Origin: Eutreptiella sp. 'Long Island Sound 2002' | Lineage: Eukaryota > Protista > Euglenida | Direction of reading: 5' to 3' | Assembly: GCA_964036045.1 (NCBI GenBank) | Contig: OZ038378.1 | Span: forward strand, 16,244,001 to 16,308,000 | DNA: 64,000 bases | In this document: piece after piece, positions 24,321 to 37,083 of the stretch | Layout: each line of letters opens with the position of its first letter | Position numbering within the stretch: the stretch's first letter is position 1 | The notes under the pieces: model-generated | Told to the model about the DNA's origin: nothing | The model's database searches: none | Seen by the model: the letters and a program-made list of their open reading frames with translations, nothing else | Program-made: the position numbers and the translations under genes

Positions 24321-26208
24321 GATGGATGGAATGTGCCTGCAAACACTGCGATGGAAACATTGGATCAAGTTGAAGCTGTTGACACCGCGTTACACTACTT
24401 GCCGGATGCCGTTGCTGGTTCAGCGGTTTGTTGCCGGAATGCTGTACTAATTGTCATTTGTGGTGAATGGTAAAAGGAGATTTTGCCCCACTTGTATTTC
24501 TTCAAAATGCCCAGAATGAAATGGGAATTCAAAAATGCCCCCAGAGCCTGAAAAGAAAATTTGAACCACCCCCCCCCCATTGTCTGGACCCCCCTCCCCA
24601 CGCTGTGGGGCCCGGGGTCCAGAACTGAACTGAACCCCCCCCCCCCCCCCACTTGTGGTCACCGGGACAGTGTGAAGAAGAAGGTTGTGACTGATGCCTG
24701 TGTGGACCCATGGACCCACCGACAGAGGGAGCGGAGGGGGGCTGCCGAGGGGGACCAACCTCCTCTCCCCCCTCTTAATTACCATCACTGCAGCAGATCA
24801 CACAAAAGACATGGCCCTGGACGCCCGTTTTTCTACTATGCAGTCCAAGCGGAACCCCTCCCCCTTCCCACACAATCCCCTCCTTTGGCATCCCCGCAGT
24901 GGGACAATTGTTGGAGCTGAGACAACTGCTCATTGTCTTCTTACAATGCATCGACCTGGCAATCCATTTGCTGGCCCTATTTCTGTCTGTCTGTCTGTAA
25001 GCAGTTGCCCATAGATCTTCCCTGCTTAGCCAAAGTGATTGTCCGAACTGAGCTTCTCGTTCCACACAAGCCCAAGGTAGTTGGGCCCGCTTTTCAGAAA
25101 TGCAACCTCCCACCTTAACATGAGCACTTGTTCATGCCGTGGACCAGCGCCTCCCCATAGCAGGGGAAGAAAAAGAGAATGAGTAGACCACTCATTTTTT
25201 CCTTGCCAGTTCCTGGTGAAAACATCCGAGGTCATAGATGCAACCTTTATTTCCACGCCCACATTAGCAGCCTCCTCTTTCTGTACCTTTCTGTACTCTA
25301 CTGGGCTCGGCAGCCATCTTTTCAAATTGGTTTGTCTGTTGCTTCAAGAAGTTCAATCAGTGCTGTCAACCCACTTGGGTGTCCTGCCTGAAATGGTTCA
25401 CAGGGTTTCTCTTTCTACTAAATTTGTCCACGCAACCTCCCAAACTGGTCGTAGACAGGGTTTTGCATTTTCTTCATTGTATCCAACTACATGAAATAAG
25501 CCCATCATTGCGCACTATCTTCAATGCTTTACCACCCAGACAACTGCTTTGAACCAAAGCTGGAGCCTATCATCTGCACGAACTCCACTGTGCAGAGAAC
25601 CGGAGCTTTTTTCTTCTTGTTGATGCGCAATCAAGGTCGCAGAGTGTCGCACCTTAACATAGTCCACATATGTGCCGTGAAAATTAGGCTGACTGGTGAC
25701 TCAATCAGGGAGAGACATACAGTGACCAGACGGACAAGCAAAGGCTACAGGATGGCAACATACCGGGATCATATCGCCATATCACCGAAATGCTACACGT
25801 GGAGTTTTCAGAAAACGGTGGTGTTCGTCGTTTATTGAAACGGAATTTCTTTCTGGGTCATGATCAGTGTCTCTTCCCCAGCACGGTACCAAACAGTGGA
25901 AATCCAATCCTGAGCAGCGTGACGTCTACAACTGATGGTGAATGCGGCCATCACTGGTGATAGCATGTTGTGCAACAAGGTGATGAAATGTTTAGGAGAG
26001 TGGTTTGGCGCAAGGATTGGTGCAGTTGGGAAATGGTGTACAGCCATTTTTCTACCCACCTACGCCCACACCTTAATCATGGCCTCAAATGCCACGGTGT
26101 ATGCTAGTCGTCCCACTGTACAGCCGTCCCAAGTACTGTGTGTCCCTCACAGGGCCTCATCAGCACCAGCACAGCAGGCAACCTCCAGATCATGCTTCTC
26201 CTCTGCAG

Positions 26209-26561
26209 GTCAGCGCCTTCTGGCCCTCCACTGCAATGGATCGCACCAGAATGTTGGCGCAGAAGTTCGAACTCACCACACAAATGCTCAGCAAGTACAT
26301 GTCCGCTGTCCAGCAGTCCTCTTATGCAAAGCAGCGGCTGCAGCTGCTCCGGCACCGTGTAGTCAATGCCAGCAGTGCCTTCTTTAGAAAGCGGCAGAAC
26401 CCGGTCAATGTGGCCATTGTGACCGATCAGGGCCCCAACACTTCGGCTGTTCAGATGGCTCACTACACCAAAGTGCAGTACTCCCGTCTACATTCATACC
26501 ACTTTATTCTTGACCAGAGTGCCCCTGCTGCACCACACACACGGGACGCTTCGTGGAATGG
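26209..26561 (+). CDS. GT34-like protein exon 3
   Basis: CTCTGCAG acceptor. Reads ...NVAIVTDQ...HYTKVQYSRLHSYHFI...RDASWNG (GT34 K..YA..HGY.F and R..SW motifs). Phase-2 GTATG donor. Confidence 0.8.
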
Positions 26562-29500
26562 GTATGCACTGTGCAAAGGGGGTGGGGCACAGGACGACCC
26601 CAAAATCACCAAAAGAAAAAAGACAGAAACATGCATTAACATGCGCCATGTTTATGGACAAGTGCTCCTTTGAAAGGCGCTGATGGCACTTGTGGTCTTG
26701 TAGGCGCAAAGGAGAGGGTAGAGGATACGTCTGGCAGGTGGTGGATGGGGCAAAGCGTGATCCTTGCAGCACCTACATTAATGTATTGAGAGAGACCCAA
26801 GAGCAGACGCAGGCAGTCGGAGTCCGAATATGAGCCAAAAAAATACAGAAAATAAAAGTGGGGGTACAACACTGCACAACACAGCGTAACACCCCACACC
26901 ACAAGACAAATCAACACAACACAACACAATGCACCGCACCGCAACGCAACACAACACAACATATTCTCCATCAACCTACACAAAGGAATCACAATACTGC
27001 AATGTATCTTGTGCCTCTTCATTTTGCTCAAGAATTGGACAAGGTGTTGGAAAATGCCCACACCAAGAGGGGTCAGGGGCGAATCGCTGAGGGGGGTGGG
27101 GCGAATCGTGGGGGGCGGGGCAAACCCGGCACGGGGGTGGGCAAATCGCAGAGGGAGGGGCAAACTGCAGACGGGGGGCAAATCGCGAGGGGAAGGGGGG
27201 TTATCGTCGGTCAAAATCAGTCCCAATTGGGGAGGGGGCACATTGCACAGCGGGGGGGGGGGGGGTATCGACACATGCCAGCTCACATGTATGTCTGGCC
27301 AGCTGCATGCTCTGGGCGTCGCCATGGACCGACGTGACGGGTACGGTGAGGTCTATGTTCACCCTTCTGCACTTACACCAGACTGGGGTTTGAAACAGGG
27401 AGCTCCCCTACAATCACCATGGGCTGTAAATGAGACGAGCTTAGCGAACCTGTTCACCGGAGTTTTGATGAACTGCCGAGTTTTTCTAAAATCTTGGGCA
27501 GAGTACTTGTTATCCGCAGCCGCCTGGCTACAGATCAGTTTATTGTGCCACCATCAACGTGCTATGACAGTGAGAGCCTGTCAAAAGTCCCTGCACCGGC
27601 TGCTGAGTTATACACCACACAATGCGGGGTTGAGCCAGCGCTGGATCACATACATTTCCCACGACATGCCTTGTAGCAAAACTACTGTGCGTTCCAAATT
27701 GGGGCAGTGGCTGCGTGTTCATGCCACATGGGATGATAATAGATATGCATCATGGCACATTCCCCACAGTGGACCCCATACTGACTGGTGTGGTGACTGG
27801 TCCACCTGCAGCGGTGCCACCATGAGCCCCCAATCAGGGGGCGGGGGGAGGGGGCCTGTTTGACGTTTGAGACCTGGTGTATGTCTGTAAGAGACACCAC
27901 AGTCGATTCCTTTCAGTGCGTTAAGATAGTCTGCAACTCATGGCATGGCTGGCCCAGTCTGAGCGGGCAACATTTCACTGTGCATATGCAGATTGTCCCG
28001 ACGCACGACTTTGGTTACAGACTTTGGTGAAAGGCGCCTAGGGCCGGTCGCTCCGGTCCGTGATCAGCCTTGATCTCTTTTCTTTGGCTGTGCATGTTGG
28101 TGCTTTCGCAATCTCCTTGATCGCAATCATCACTTGACACAACCACGTGTCACCGCACGGGGGGTATTGAAAGGCGGAAGACCCGACGGCCGGTCGAAAT
28201 CAGTCGAATCTGTCGAAATCGAGGGGATGGGCTCAATTGCGCACGGAGTGGGAGCAAATTGCGAAACGGGGGTGCAAATCGAGAAGGAGGGAAGTCTTGA
28301 TGATCGGTCGACATCAGTCGAAATTGGTGGAAATTGCGGGAGGGGGAGGGGTGTGGTGTGGTGTGGTGTGGTGTGGTGTGGCATGTGCTCGTGAAAGCCA
28401 GCTCGTCTCTATGAGAATCGGCGTTCCTGTTGTCAGAGGGGGTGGAGTGGGGTTTGGTGCTCCGCAAACATCACCCAAACTTTGAGCAGTGTTCTTGAGA
28501 CACAGTGCTCGTTGGCAAGTTCCCTGAGAATGGTAAGTTCATTTTCCACAAATTTCCGCCAATTTCACAAGGCCATTTGCAGGGAGAAGTTGTTTTGAGT
28601 CAGGATCAGGCTGCAGGAGGATCCCCGGACCCTACATGCCCATACCCCGCTTGTGCCGTGACCGCCTTGCACATCAACCAACCCCTGTTCAGAGTGCGCT
28701 CTTTTTTGCCTGTGTGGTCAAATGGTGAAACATGACTGGTTATTGTGCAAGGGGTGGGGTGGGGGGTTTCCACCCCCTCATTCCGACCCTCACCACCTCT
28801 TCGTTCCCACGCCAACCGCTTGTTCCCACATGTCACTTACTCAAGCTCACACCACCCCATGGAGTGTTTGGCTGAAACTGCTTGCTGCGTTACACGAGGC
28901 GCAAATCAGGCTCGGCGTGCGCCTCAGCAGCGCCAAACCCCCCCCCCGGGGTAATTTTTACCCACACTGTAGTCCGTAGATGCGGTCTGCCCCAATTTGA
29001 CGCGGTCTGCCAATTGCAGACATTGTCGGCATGTTGTAGACGCTATTTGTGAAGGGGTCAGAAGGCCTCCTTCCCCCAAAACGGTCCGCCAACATCGTTT
29101 ACCTGTGCACGTGGGCACAACTCTCGAGCGAGCAAGGAAGGTGCATGGGGGCAGGTCTCAAGCGAGCGAAGCGGCGAGGAAGCTGCGTACAGGCAGGCCT
29201 CGAGCAACTCGAGCAAGGAAGGTGCATGGGGGCAGGGGCAAGGGGTTAGCGCAATTTGGGGGATTTGGCGTGCTGGGGGTTTTGGCGCTGGCGAGGCACA
29301 AGAGGGGGGTGGAGGGTTTGGCTCTACCAAGGTGCATGCAGGGGTCGGGTTTGGCACAAACAAGGCGCACAATAGAAATTATCCCACAACCTCCCAGACA
29401 GTGATAATTTGTACCACTTGTAATATTTCTCCACCATGATCTTTTTACGTCCCCTAGCCAATGCTCTTTGACATTTGCGCCGCTGCATTTCAAGGCCTTG

Positions 29501-29730
29501 AAATATAGTCTGACGACCACCTGATAAACTGGGGAAAGATTGCTCGTCATTGTGCAATGGGGTTGTTGGGGGTAACAGGGTGGAGGGGATTATGATCTGG
29601 ATTTGCTGACTCCTGGAGGGGGGCATGGACTTTATTGGAGGACAGGGGCTGACGTGGTGAGTCCCCCCCTCTGCTGTTCCTGACGGCTGTGTCCACACAA
29701 TCATGCAACTGTTTGTTGTTGTCACTTCAG

Positions 29731-30049
29731 AGTTGCTGCCATTCGCAAACACTTGCCGCAGTATGACTGGCTCTTGTACTTGGAACCGCACACCGCAGTC
29801 TGCAACGTGTCCATTCTCTTAGAGGACTTCATCCACCAGTTTCCTAAGGACACGTACATTGCGGTGACGGATGGCCCCCTGGTGTTTAGTGCATCAGGGA
29901 TCTTCATTAGGAATGTGCCCTGGTCTTACCGTTTGTTGGAGCAGTGGTGGACCGCTGGGAACCGGTCGACAGCACCCGTTGTGTGTGATGGCTTGTCCGC
30001 ACAGTCCCTTGTGCATCACGGCCAATGCCTGTCACATTGGAACTCCCAG
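29731..30049 (+). CDS. GT34-like protein exon 4
   Basis: TTCAG acceptor, phase matches. Reads VAAIRKHLPQYDWLLYLEPHTAVCN...GIFIRNVPWSYRLLEQWW (GT34 YDW..W.DxD and FLIRN..WS...L..WW). CAG/GTACG donor. Confidence 0.85.
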
Positions 30050-31504
30050 GTACGTCTGCTACATATTGTCAACGCCCGGATGTTGTATGTATGTGTGTTG
30101 GGGGGTACTGTACCATACTGTGGCTTATATCCCGGCTGTTGCTGGCACAGTTTGCTGTCTACATGTGTCAAGGCCAGGTGGGGAGTGTCCTCAACAGTGC
30201 CTACGAGAGAAAATGAGCATTGGAGAGAAAATGAGGATTGCCGATTTCGTTTTTGTTGGAGAATTGCAGGAGGCATGCTGGGAACACTACGTCCACACTG
30301 TAGTTGCCATACTTTCTTGGCACCAAGTTAGAAAGTACCAAATTCGGACATGGAGGTGAGCATTGTTCAACAATGACCACCCTTTCTCACTACCACAACC
30401 GCTCACTGAATCCGATGTCCTTGGACAAAATCATGGATTTAGTGCAGCAACCTGTCAGTGGGCCAGTGGGTACAGGTGCACAAGGGTACCAGGGGCACGT
30501 GTCCAGAGTTACAGGAGTACAGGGTTACATGGATATGGGGGCACATGGGTGCAGGGGTACAGAGGACACAGGGCATACAGAGTAAGGGGGAACAGGGGTC
30601 TCTGCGTCTCTAACAACATCAGCCAGCAAAATAGATGGTTTCCATGGACCAACGGGATAGCTGGTTTTCTAGGAAAAAGAACTAAAACAAGAAGCGTTCT
30701 ATGACAGCTGGCAGGACTGAATGCCATACCAAGATTACAACGGCACGTCAAAACATACTGTGCGACCAAAATTGGACCATTTTCCCCAGTCTCTTATGGG
30801 TTTCAGCAGCCTGCACAACCTCTACCACTTGTAAAGCCCTGGAAAAAGTCACCATGTCGTGCATCAATTTTTCCTGTGCACACAGCAGCGTTTGATTGCT
30901 GATTCTAGGCTGACCCTCCGCTGGGCACTCCAGTGCCAGCCAAGGAGGGAGTCCTTCTGGAGGGGGTGTCGCCATGGCATGGCAGGGGGGTGGGGAGTTA
31001 CAGGCTGTCGGCATGAAATGACAGAGTTCTCAGAAAGGTATGGCCAAGGCGTTGTGGCAAGGGGGGTGATGTGTTGTCTTTCCTTCGTTTGCCAGCTGCC
31101 TGTGTTTGGGGGCATTGGACTGCCCGCAAGGTCTACAGTGGGTGATCAGTGGATTGTTTAGGAGGATTACAGTTTGCATCGAGTTTGCGTTGGGTGCCTG
31201 TTTATTGCCACGGTTGCCTCCCTCACAGTCATCGACACCGGATGGACACAGGTTGCCTGCTGGAGCATACGTAGCATGCACAACAAAGGAGAAGTCATTC
31301 CCACTTGATAACGCTCCATTCACCTTGCCATTCCATGAGCTTTGGTGTACTATTTTTCCTGGGTGAAACCATTTGGGGTTTGTGAGGTTGATTTAGATGT
31401 GTTTAAACATGTGGGGACGGCTGTGAGGGTTTCACTACGCCAAACTCAGTGTACCGGCCAGGATGTTGATGACCCTGTGGAAAACGCACCCATGTGCTGT
31501 GCAG

Positions 31505-31885
31505 GTCGCCCTGTGGGATCTGCTGCTGTCCTACTATCAGCAGCAGAGCAAGTCTAATGTCCCCATCTGCAAGACCTTTCCCTCTTCGGACTGGGAGCGG
31601 TCCATGCAATGCTACTCTCAGACCATGACCAACATGGGGTACCCATACAAAAAGCGTTCAGCCTTCCATGTCTTCTTCTGGTCACTGAATGCGTGGCCGC
31701 GGGGCTTCACTTTTTTTTATCAGGAGCGGAAGACTCTGGCCACATGGAAGCCCGAGGAGTTGTATCAGCCTGGGGACTTTGTGATTCACACCCACGTGGA
31801 CCTCATTGTTCAGGAATTGTCTGCTTTTCAATTCCTGAAGTGGATGGCACAGACCTTTCCGGAAATGCTGGCACTCAAGATGTAG
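31505..31885 (+). CDS. GT34-like protein terminal exon
   Basis: TGCAG acceptor, phase 0. Reads VALWDLL...YQPGDFVIH (GT34 W/Y.PGDF..H) to TAG. The full model is 1428 nt (475 aa). Confidence 0.85.
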   Translation, partial: VALWDLLLSYYQQQSKSNVPICKTFPSSDWERSMQCYSQTMTNMGYPYKKRSAFHVFFWSLNAWPRGFTFFYQERKTLATWKPEELYQPGDFVIHTHVDLIVQELSAFQFLKWMAQTFPEMLALKM

Positions 31886-34254
31886 GTAATGGCAAGTGCG
31901 AATCCCAGGTACAAGGCCTCAGGACGTGGCCTTTCCTGAGTCTCAGCGGCATTGTGCTGTCACTACGCCAAGCGACAACCATAACAGCGCAATTGAATAC
32001 CTGGGGACAGTGAGGCTTGAGCCTGGAAGGGTTGGGGAAGCGTGGAAAATGGGAGTCTACGACTGTTGTTGACCTCCGACTCAAATCCTACCAGTAACTC
32101 AAAGTTCTACATTCTAATAAACCATTTTGTTAAGCTTTTTCGGTCGAAATAAGGCTCAATCATCATTTTCCTGACCACTTGTGACGGAATTCGGTGACCC
32201 ATTTCAGGAGCTCCTGTAGATCTAGAAGATGGGCTTGACTATTCCTGCGTCTCCCTGCAGCATTCTTCCTGTGCAGACCAAAGCCAAGTTCTCATGCTCT
32301 CTTGCCTCAGCCATAACCCGTAGCTTTAGTTTGTGTTCCGTTTTGCGTTAATTTAGTTTTTGCCCATGCCTGGGCAATAACCACAGCCCTGACCCAGGCA
32401 GAAGAATGGTGCAGTGTGCCGAGGATGCGTGCAGGCAAATGCACGGCCATATTGACAGGCTGTTCCCTGCCACTTGCTGCCTTGTGTGGTGCATGAACCA
32501 TGTATCTTTCTGACACTGACAGTATGAGGCAGCGGCATTCTTCTCCATCCATTCACTGTGAAAGTCCATTCATAACTGAGAGGACACCCTGTTTGCCCTG
32601 GTGCTTGCATGTTTGTGCATGGTACATCCCATGCAAAGTGTTCAGAGAATCAGGTACAGCTAGCCAGATGTATTTGCGCTGATGATGGGTCTGTGGCTAA
32701 TTGTGCTGTTCACTCTTCAAGAAAAAAGGAGCAGAGTGCATTGAGAATCAAAAGGACGTTTGATTTGCCCAAAAGTTTGGCATTTGTCTTAATCTGAGTG
32801 CATCTGAAGAGGAACACCCCCAGCTAGAACCCACACAGCTGTGTGAACGCAATTTACACGCATACATATTTCCAAACTCTTGCTTTCAACCTGAAGTCCA
32901 AGCTGGTAAGGCAATTGGCTGGAGCCTCTTTTAAGTGTATCTATGAATAGATCTCCAATCCAAAAAAGTAGATGTGTGCTCTGAACGAGCTCAAAGCGGC
33001 TGTCCAACAAATTACACGTCAGCTGCGGTAGCCAAAGAGTGGGGTGGTAGACGCATCAGTCCCTGAGGCAGTTTTGCAGGCCTGGACTGAAACTACAATT
33101 GGTTCTTCATTAAGCTTATGCCCGGTTTCATGGCCCCTCCCCCCAAGTGTGCATTTCACTCTCAACTGTTCGGCGTCTCTTAGCCCCAGTTTATGGGCAA
33201 TCACAAACTGTACAGCCAAGACACAAAAGATTTTTTAAACATTGTTACAGCCATGGCATAGTTGGTGACCAAGTCAAATCCCCCAACCCAATTTGCCAAT
33301 TGATTCATTCAATGGCGGATCCTCTTCTCTTGGACTCAGGAAGCAAGTGTAATGTGCATCCACGAAGATGAACGCGGTGCCACTTCTCCATGCAAAAACG
33401 GTGCTGGTCAATTGAGCCCTTTTCCCAACCCCCCCTCCCCCCAGATGTTGTGGGCTCTGTTGACCCCCCCCCCCTCACTTGCAAGCCCAACATGCCCTGA
33501 GCTATTTTCTTCACTAAAAAGCAGATTGGGGCTGTTTTGACACGATCCCAAGAATCTTTCTTATCGCAACCAATGGTTCCATGTTGTGCAAAGCCTCTCT
33601 ACACTAAACTGCAATTAAAAATGCACCCAAAAGAGAGATAAATTGAGCTTTTGGTAAAACAGCGAAACCAATCCCTCCCTTGAACCAATAACCGTGTGGT
33701 TATTATAAAAACAAACTGTCTTCTTAGAAAACACCCATTTGCACCATAAAATCAGGTTGCTACGCAGAAAACTATTCATCTCCAACAATGAACATCGCCA
33801 CGTGCACGTGCGTACGCACGTTTATACGTATGCATTTGGTACGCACAGTAGTGGGTTGATTCAGTCTCATCAATAGTTAAATTTGCATTCATGTGGCGTT
33901 ATCTTGCGACTTGTTGCACCCAATTGCTTGTATATGCGTGCGTGCACATGTGTTGCGGAAGATGCTAAATGGCTTTTGTGTAAACCAAACATGTGTTTCC
34001 TAGAACCATGCCACCCTTCAATTCTTCATGTGTTGTTCTTCATGTGTGTGGATAATCTGTATACCAAGGTTTTGTCACCGTTGGGTTGGAACAAAATCTG
34101 CCAACCCTCCCCTTTTTGGGGGGTTCTGTTGAAACAATGTCACCCCGCTGGCTTGGACCCCCCCCCCCCAGGGCTCAATTGACGGGACCCCCCAAAACCA
34201 ACTCTCGGGACCTTCGTGGTTCAAATGGCAGTAGTATTTGTGTTTAAGGACACT

Positions 34255-34745
34255 TGGTCCCCAGTCAATTCCAGCTACACATGTGGGTAGCGCCACACCA
34301 AGGCCTTCCACGGGGGCCCACAAGGGGGCGGAAATGCTACGTAACCCCTGCATTCTTGGGGGTCCCCAAACAAGTGGACAAAATCAGAAGTGGCTACTTC
34401 ACCCCTAACTTCTCGGGGGCCCACAAGTGGGCGGAAGTGTTGTGTTCTCGGGGGTGCCCAAACAAGTGGACAAAATCAGAAGTGGCTACTGCACCCCTGT
34501 CTTCTCGCGGGCCCACAAGGGGGCGGAAATGCCACGCAACCCCTTGCATTCTCGGGGTCCCCAAACAAGGGGACAACATCAAAAGTGGCAACCTCACCCC
34601 TGCCTTCTCGGGGGCCCACAAGGGGGCGGAAGCGCTGCATTCTCGGGGTCCCCAAACAAGGGGCAAAATCAGAAGGGCCCCAAGAATAGGGGACGAAATC
34701 AAAGGTGGCTACATCACCCCAGCCTTCTTGGGGTTCCCCATAGCC
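34255..34745 (-). repeat. GTAGCC family dispersed repeat, reverse orientation
   Basis: Repeated CAAAATCAGAAGTGGCTAC and CCCCTGCATTCT(C/T)GGGG(G/T)CCCCAAACAAG, the reverse complement of the family modules. Confidence 0.8.
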
Positions 34746-37046
34746 AGGGGGCTCTATCAACCCCCCCGAACGTTGTCACTTCAAAGAGGTTTTTTTTCAA
34801 CCGGCTTCTACCAAGCATTCCAAAACAGCCCTTCCATAACATTTTCAGATGTGTTGTCAGACTTTTGCCAGCTTTCTACCTCAACTTCAGAGCTTAAATG
34901 CCAAAGAGGTCAAGAGAGGTGCGCTTCAGAACGGATTGATATTTTATTCATGATCGCTTGTAAGGTATTTTTGCCATTTTTGCGTGCCTCTTTTTTTGTT
35001 GGGAGTGTCACAAGTCCAAAAAGCAAGTGGACTCTATTCATTGGGGCCTTTCAAATGGAATTTATTGCAGTCTTTGCACAATAAGTTAGAATCATGTTGC
35101 TTGGCGGTAGGAGCATCAACTCTTTTCCTTTCCACGAAAGGTATCTTCATAATTCACATTGGTTGATCATGGTAAACCATGCAACAATTGGGGCGAATGT
35201 CTAGTCAAGCCTCTAATGCTCCAAAAATGCAATTTTTGTCCCCTTTTTTTAGTAGTCTTGCACCAACAATTGGGGCCATATGTTGGAAAAAACTTTTTGT
35301 GTTTTTGCTCCCGAGGAGCAGGGGGGTGGTGCTCATCAAGAGCACAAGTGCTCTTGAGGAGCAGGGGCGGTGCTCCCTAGAAGCCTTTGTTCGTGAGGAG
35401 CAAGGGTCGGTGCCCTTAGGATCTCCATCAGGGTCGGAGCTCCTCAAGAGCCAGGGGCAGTGCTCCTCAGGAGCAGGAGCCAAGAGCGGCTCTTGTCAGG
35501 AGCAGCCATCTCCCACCACCCGGGCGCTCTCATATCAAGTATTTCTGAAATACTCAATCCTTCAAACTTCAATGTCCCCTGTTCCATGCCCCCCTAGTTG
35601 GTTCTCAGCAAAAAGACGCCTACAAAAATGGTTCAGCACAGGCGCTTTCGTTACTTGCAAACGCTGAAATCCGGTAAAATCCCGCAAATCCAATCGCTCA
35701 ACCAAAAAAAAAAACCAGAGCAGATTCACAGCGGTGCGCTATACCTTGGTCTACTCAGCTGCTACGGGGAGTTTGCCTCATATTTCAGTTACCATCTCGG
35801 TTGGGGCCCCTCCCCCAGTCTGACTAGCAGGTTACCGCGGCCCTGCCGGGGCGAGGGGAAAAAGGTTTGAGGGGTCTGGAAAATTCACTGTGCGGAAGGG
35901 CAGCCGTATCTCAATTCCGCACTGCCCCTTGATCCCCCCCCCCCCCATGTCCACAGCCGCCTTGTGAGAATGAGCCTTCAGAATGACAGCTGATACAGCC
36001 GCGGCAGCAACCACCGTGTATTAACTCTTAAGATGGCATGAACGGGCGGAACAAATATGACACCATCTCCAACAACACTTCCTGGCGGGACAGCACAAGA
36101 GAAACACACCTTTTCCAAGTTTTTAACCAAGTTGATTCCACCCAAATTTGTCCCTGGCGGAAGCGGAAATATTTTTGCGCGGGGAGCGGAAATATTTTTG
36201 CGCGGGGAGCCGGAATTGGCCTGGGGTGGTTGAAAAATTGCAATTTCCAGGCGACCTCCAACAACCCCTGGAGACCTTTGGGCCGGGGTTGGGTGATCAT
36301 TTGGTGACAATGGGAGTACATTCAAACCCATGGAGAGCCATGTAGCACCAATTAGGCCCTGCTAGTGGGTTGGTGTATTGGCCCCCGAAAGTGCTGTTTT
36401 GGGCCTGTTTGCAGCGTGGTGGGAAAAACTTGTTTGTGGGGTCTTGAATGGGAGGTCATCCCAGATTTGGGGCGCTTGACCCAAAGGTGGCTGTTGCACA
36501 GGTGTATGGGGCTTTGGAGGCAGGGTTGCCCAAGAGGGGATGAAAGCAGCCCAAGGCAGTGGTGTTTGGGCTGCAACCGGCAGCTGAGGACACAATGGAG
36601 GTTGAGCAGGGGCCGGAGGACGAGTTCGGGAAGGTGCTGGGCGCCATGGAGCACCGCATGGACAGGGGCTGTGATATGTCTGTGCTCATTGCAGAACCAT
36701 TCCAATTCCGTGTTCTAAAAGCATTCTAATTGTAAAACGCTTCCAAAAAGCGTCGGCGGTTGCATGCACGTGCTGGATGTTGAGAGCAACATGTGCGACG
36801 CCATGGGCGTCCAAGTGTGGGTCCACCGGCCGACCGTGGTCTCCTTGGGGGCGTTGTGGGTGCGCATGCGTGTGAGCCCCATTCCCTGAGTTCCCCGAGG
36901 TCTGGTCCAAGGCCTATAGGCGTTCACGTCTTCCAGCCATGGGACGGGTGGATCAGCATTGAGCAGGAGTCATTGGCTGAACTCGTGCAAGCATCACCTC
37001 CTGGTGCGTGCGGTGTTGTGGTCCAATCAAGGCTAGAAACCAGGGT

Positions 37047-37078
37047 AAACGTTTCTTCCGTCTATTTTTTTTGTCGAG
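37047..37078 (+). promoter_or_regulatory. Putative trans-splice acceptor overlapping a relic spliced-leader-like sequence
   Basis: AAACGTTTCTTCCGTCTATTTTTTTTGTCG-AG lies 5 nt before the ATG. It resembles the euglenid SL as recalled from memory ((AC)ACTTTCTGAGTGTCTATTTTTTTTCG). Confidence 0.55.
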
Positions 37079-37083
37079 GCAAA

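Noticed and set aside
36793-37083. N-terminal 97 aa of the 1187-aa ORF
   Set aside because: Non-ATG start, no recognisable motifs, and it contains a T-tract/AG acceptor just before a good-context ATG at 37084.
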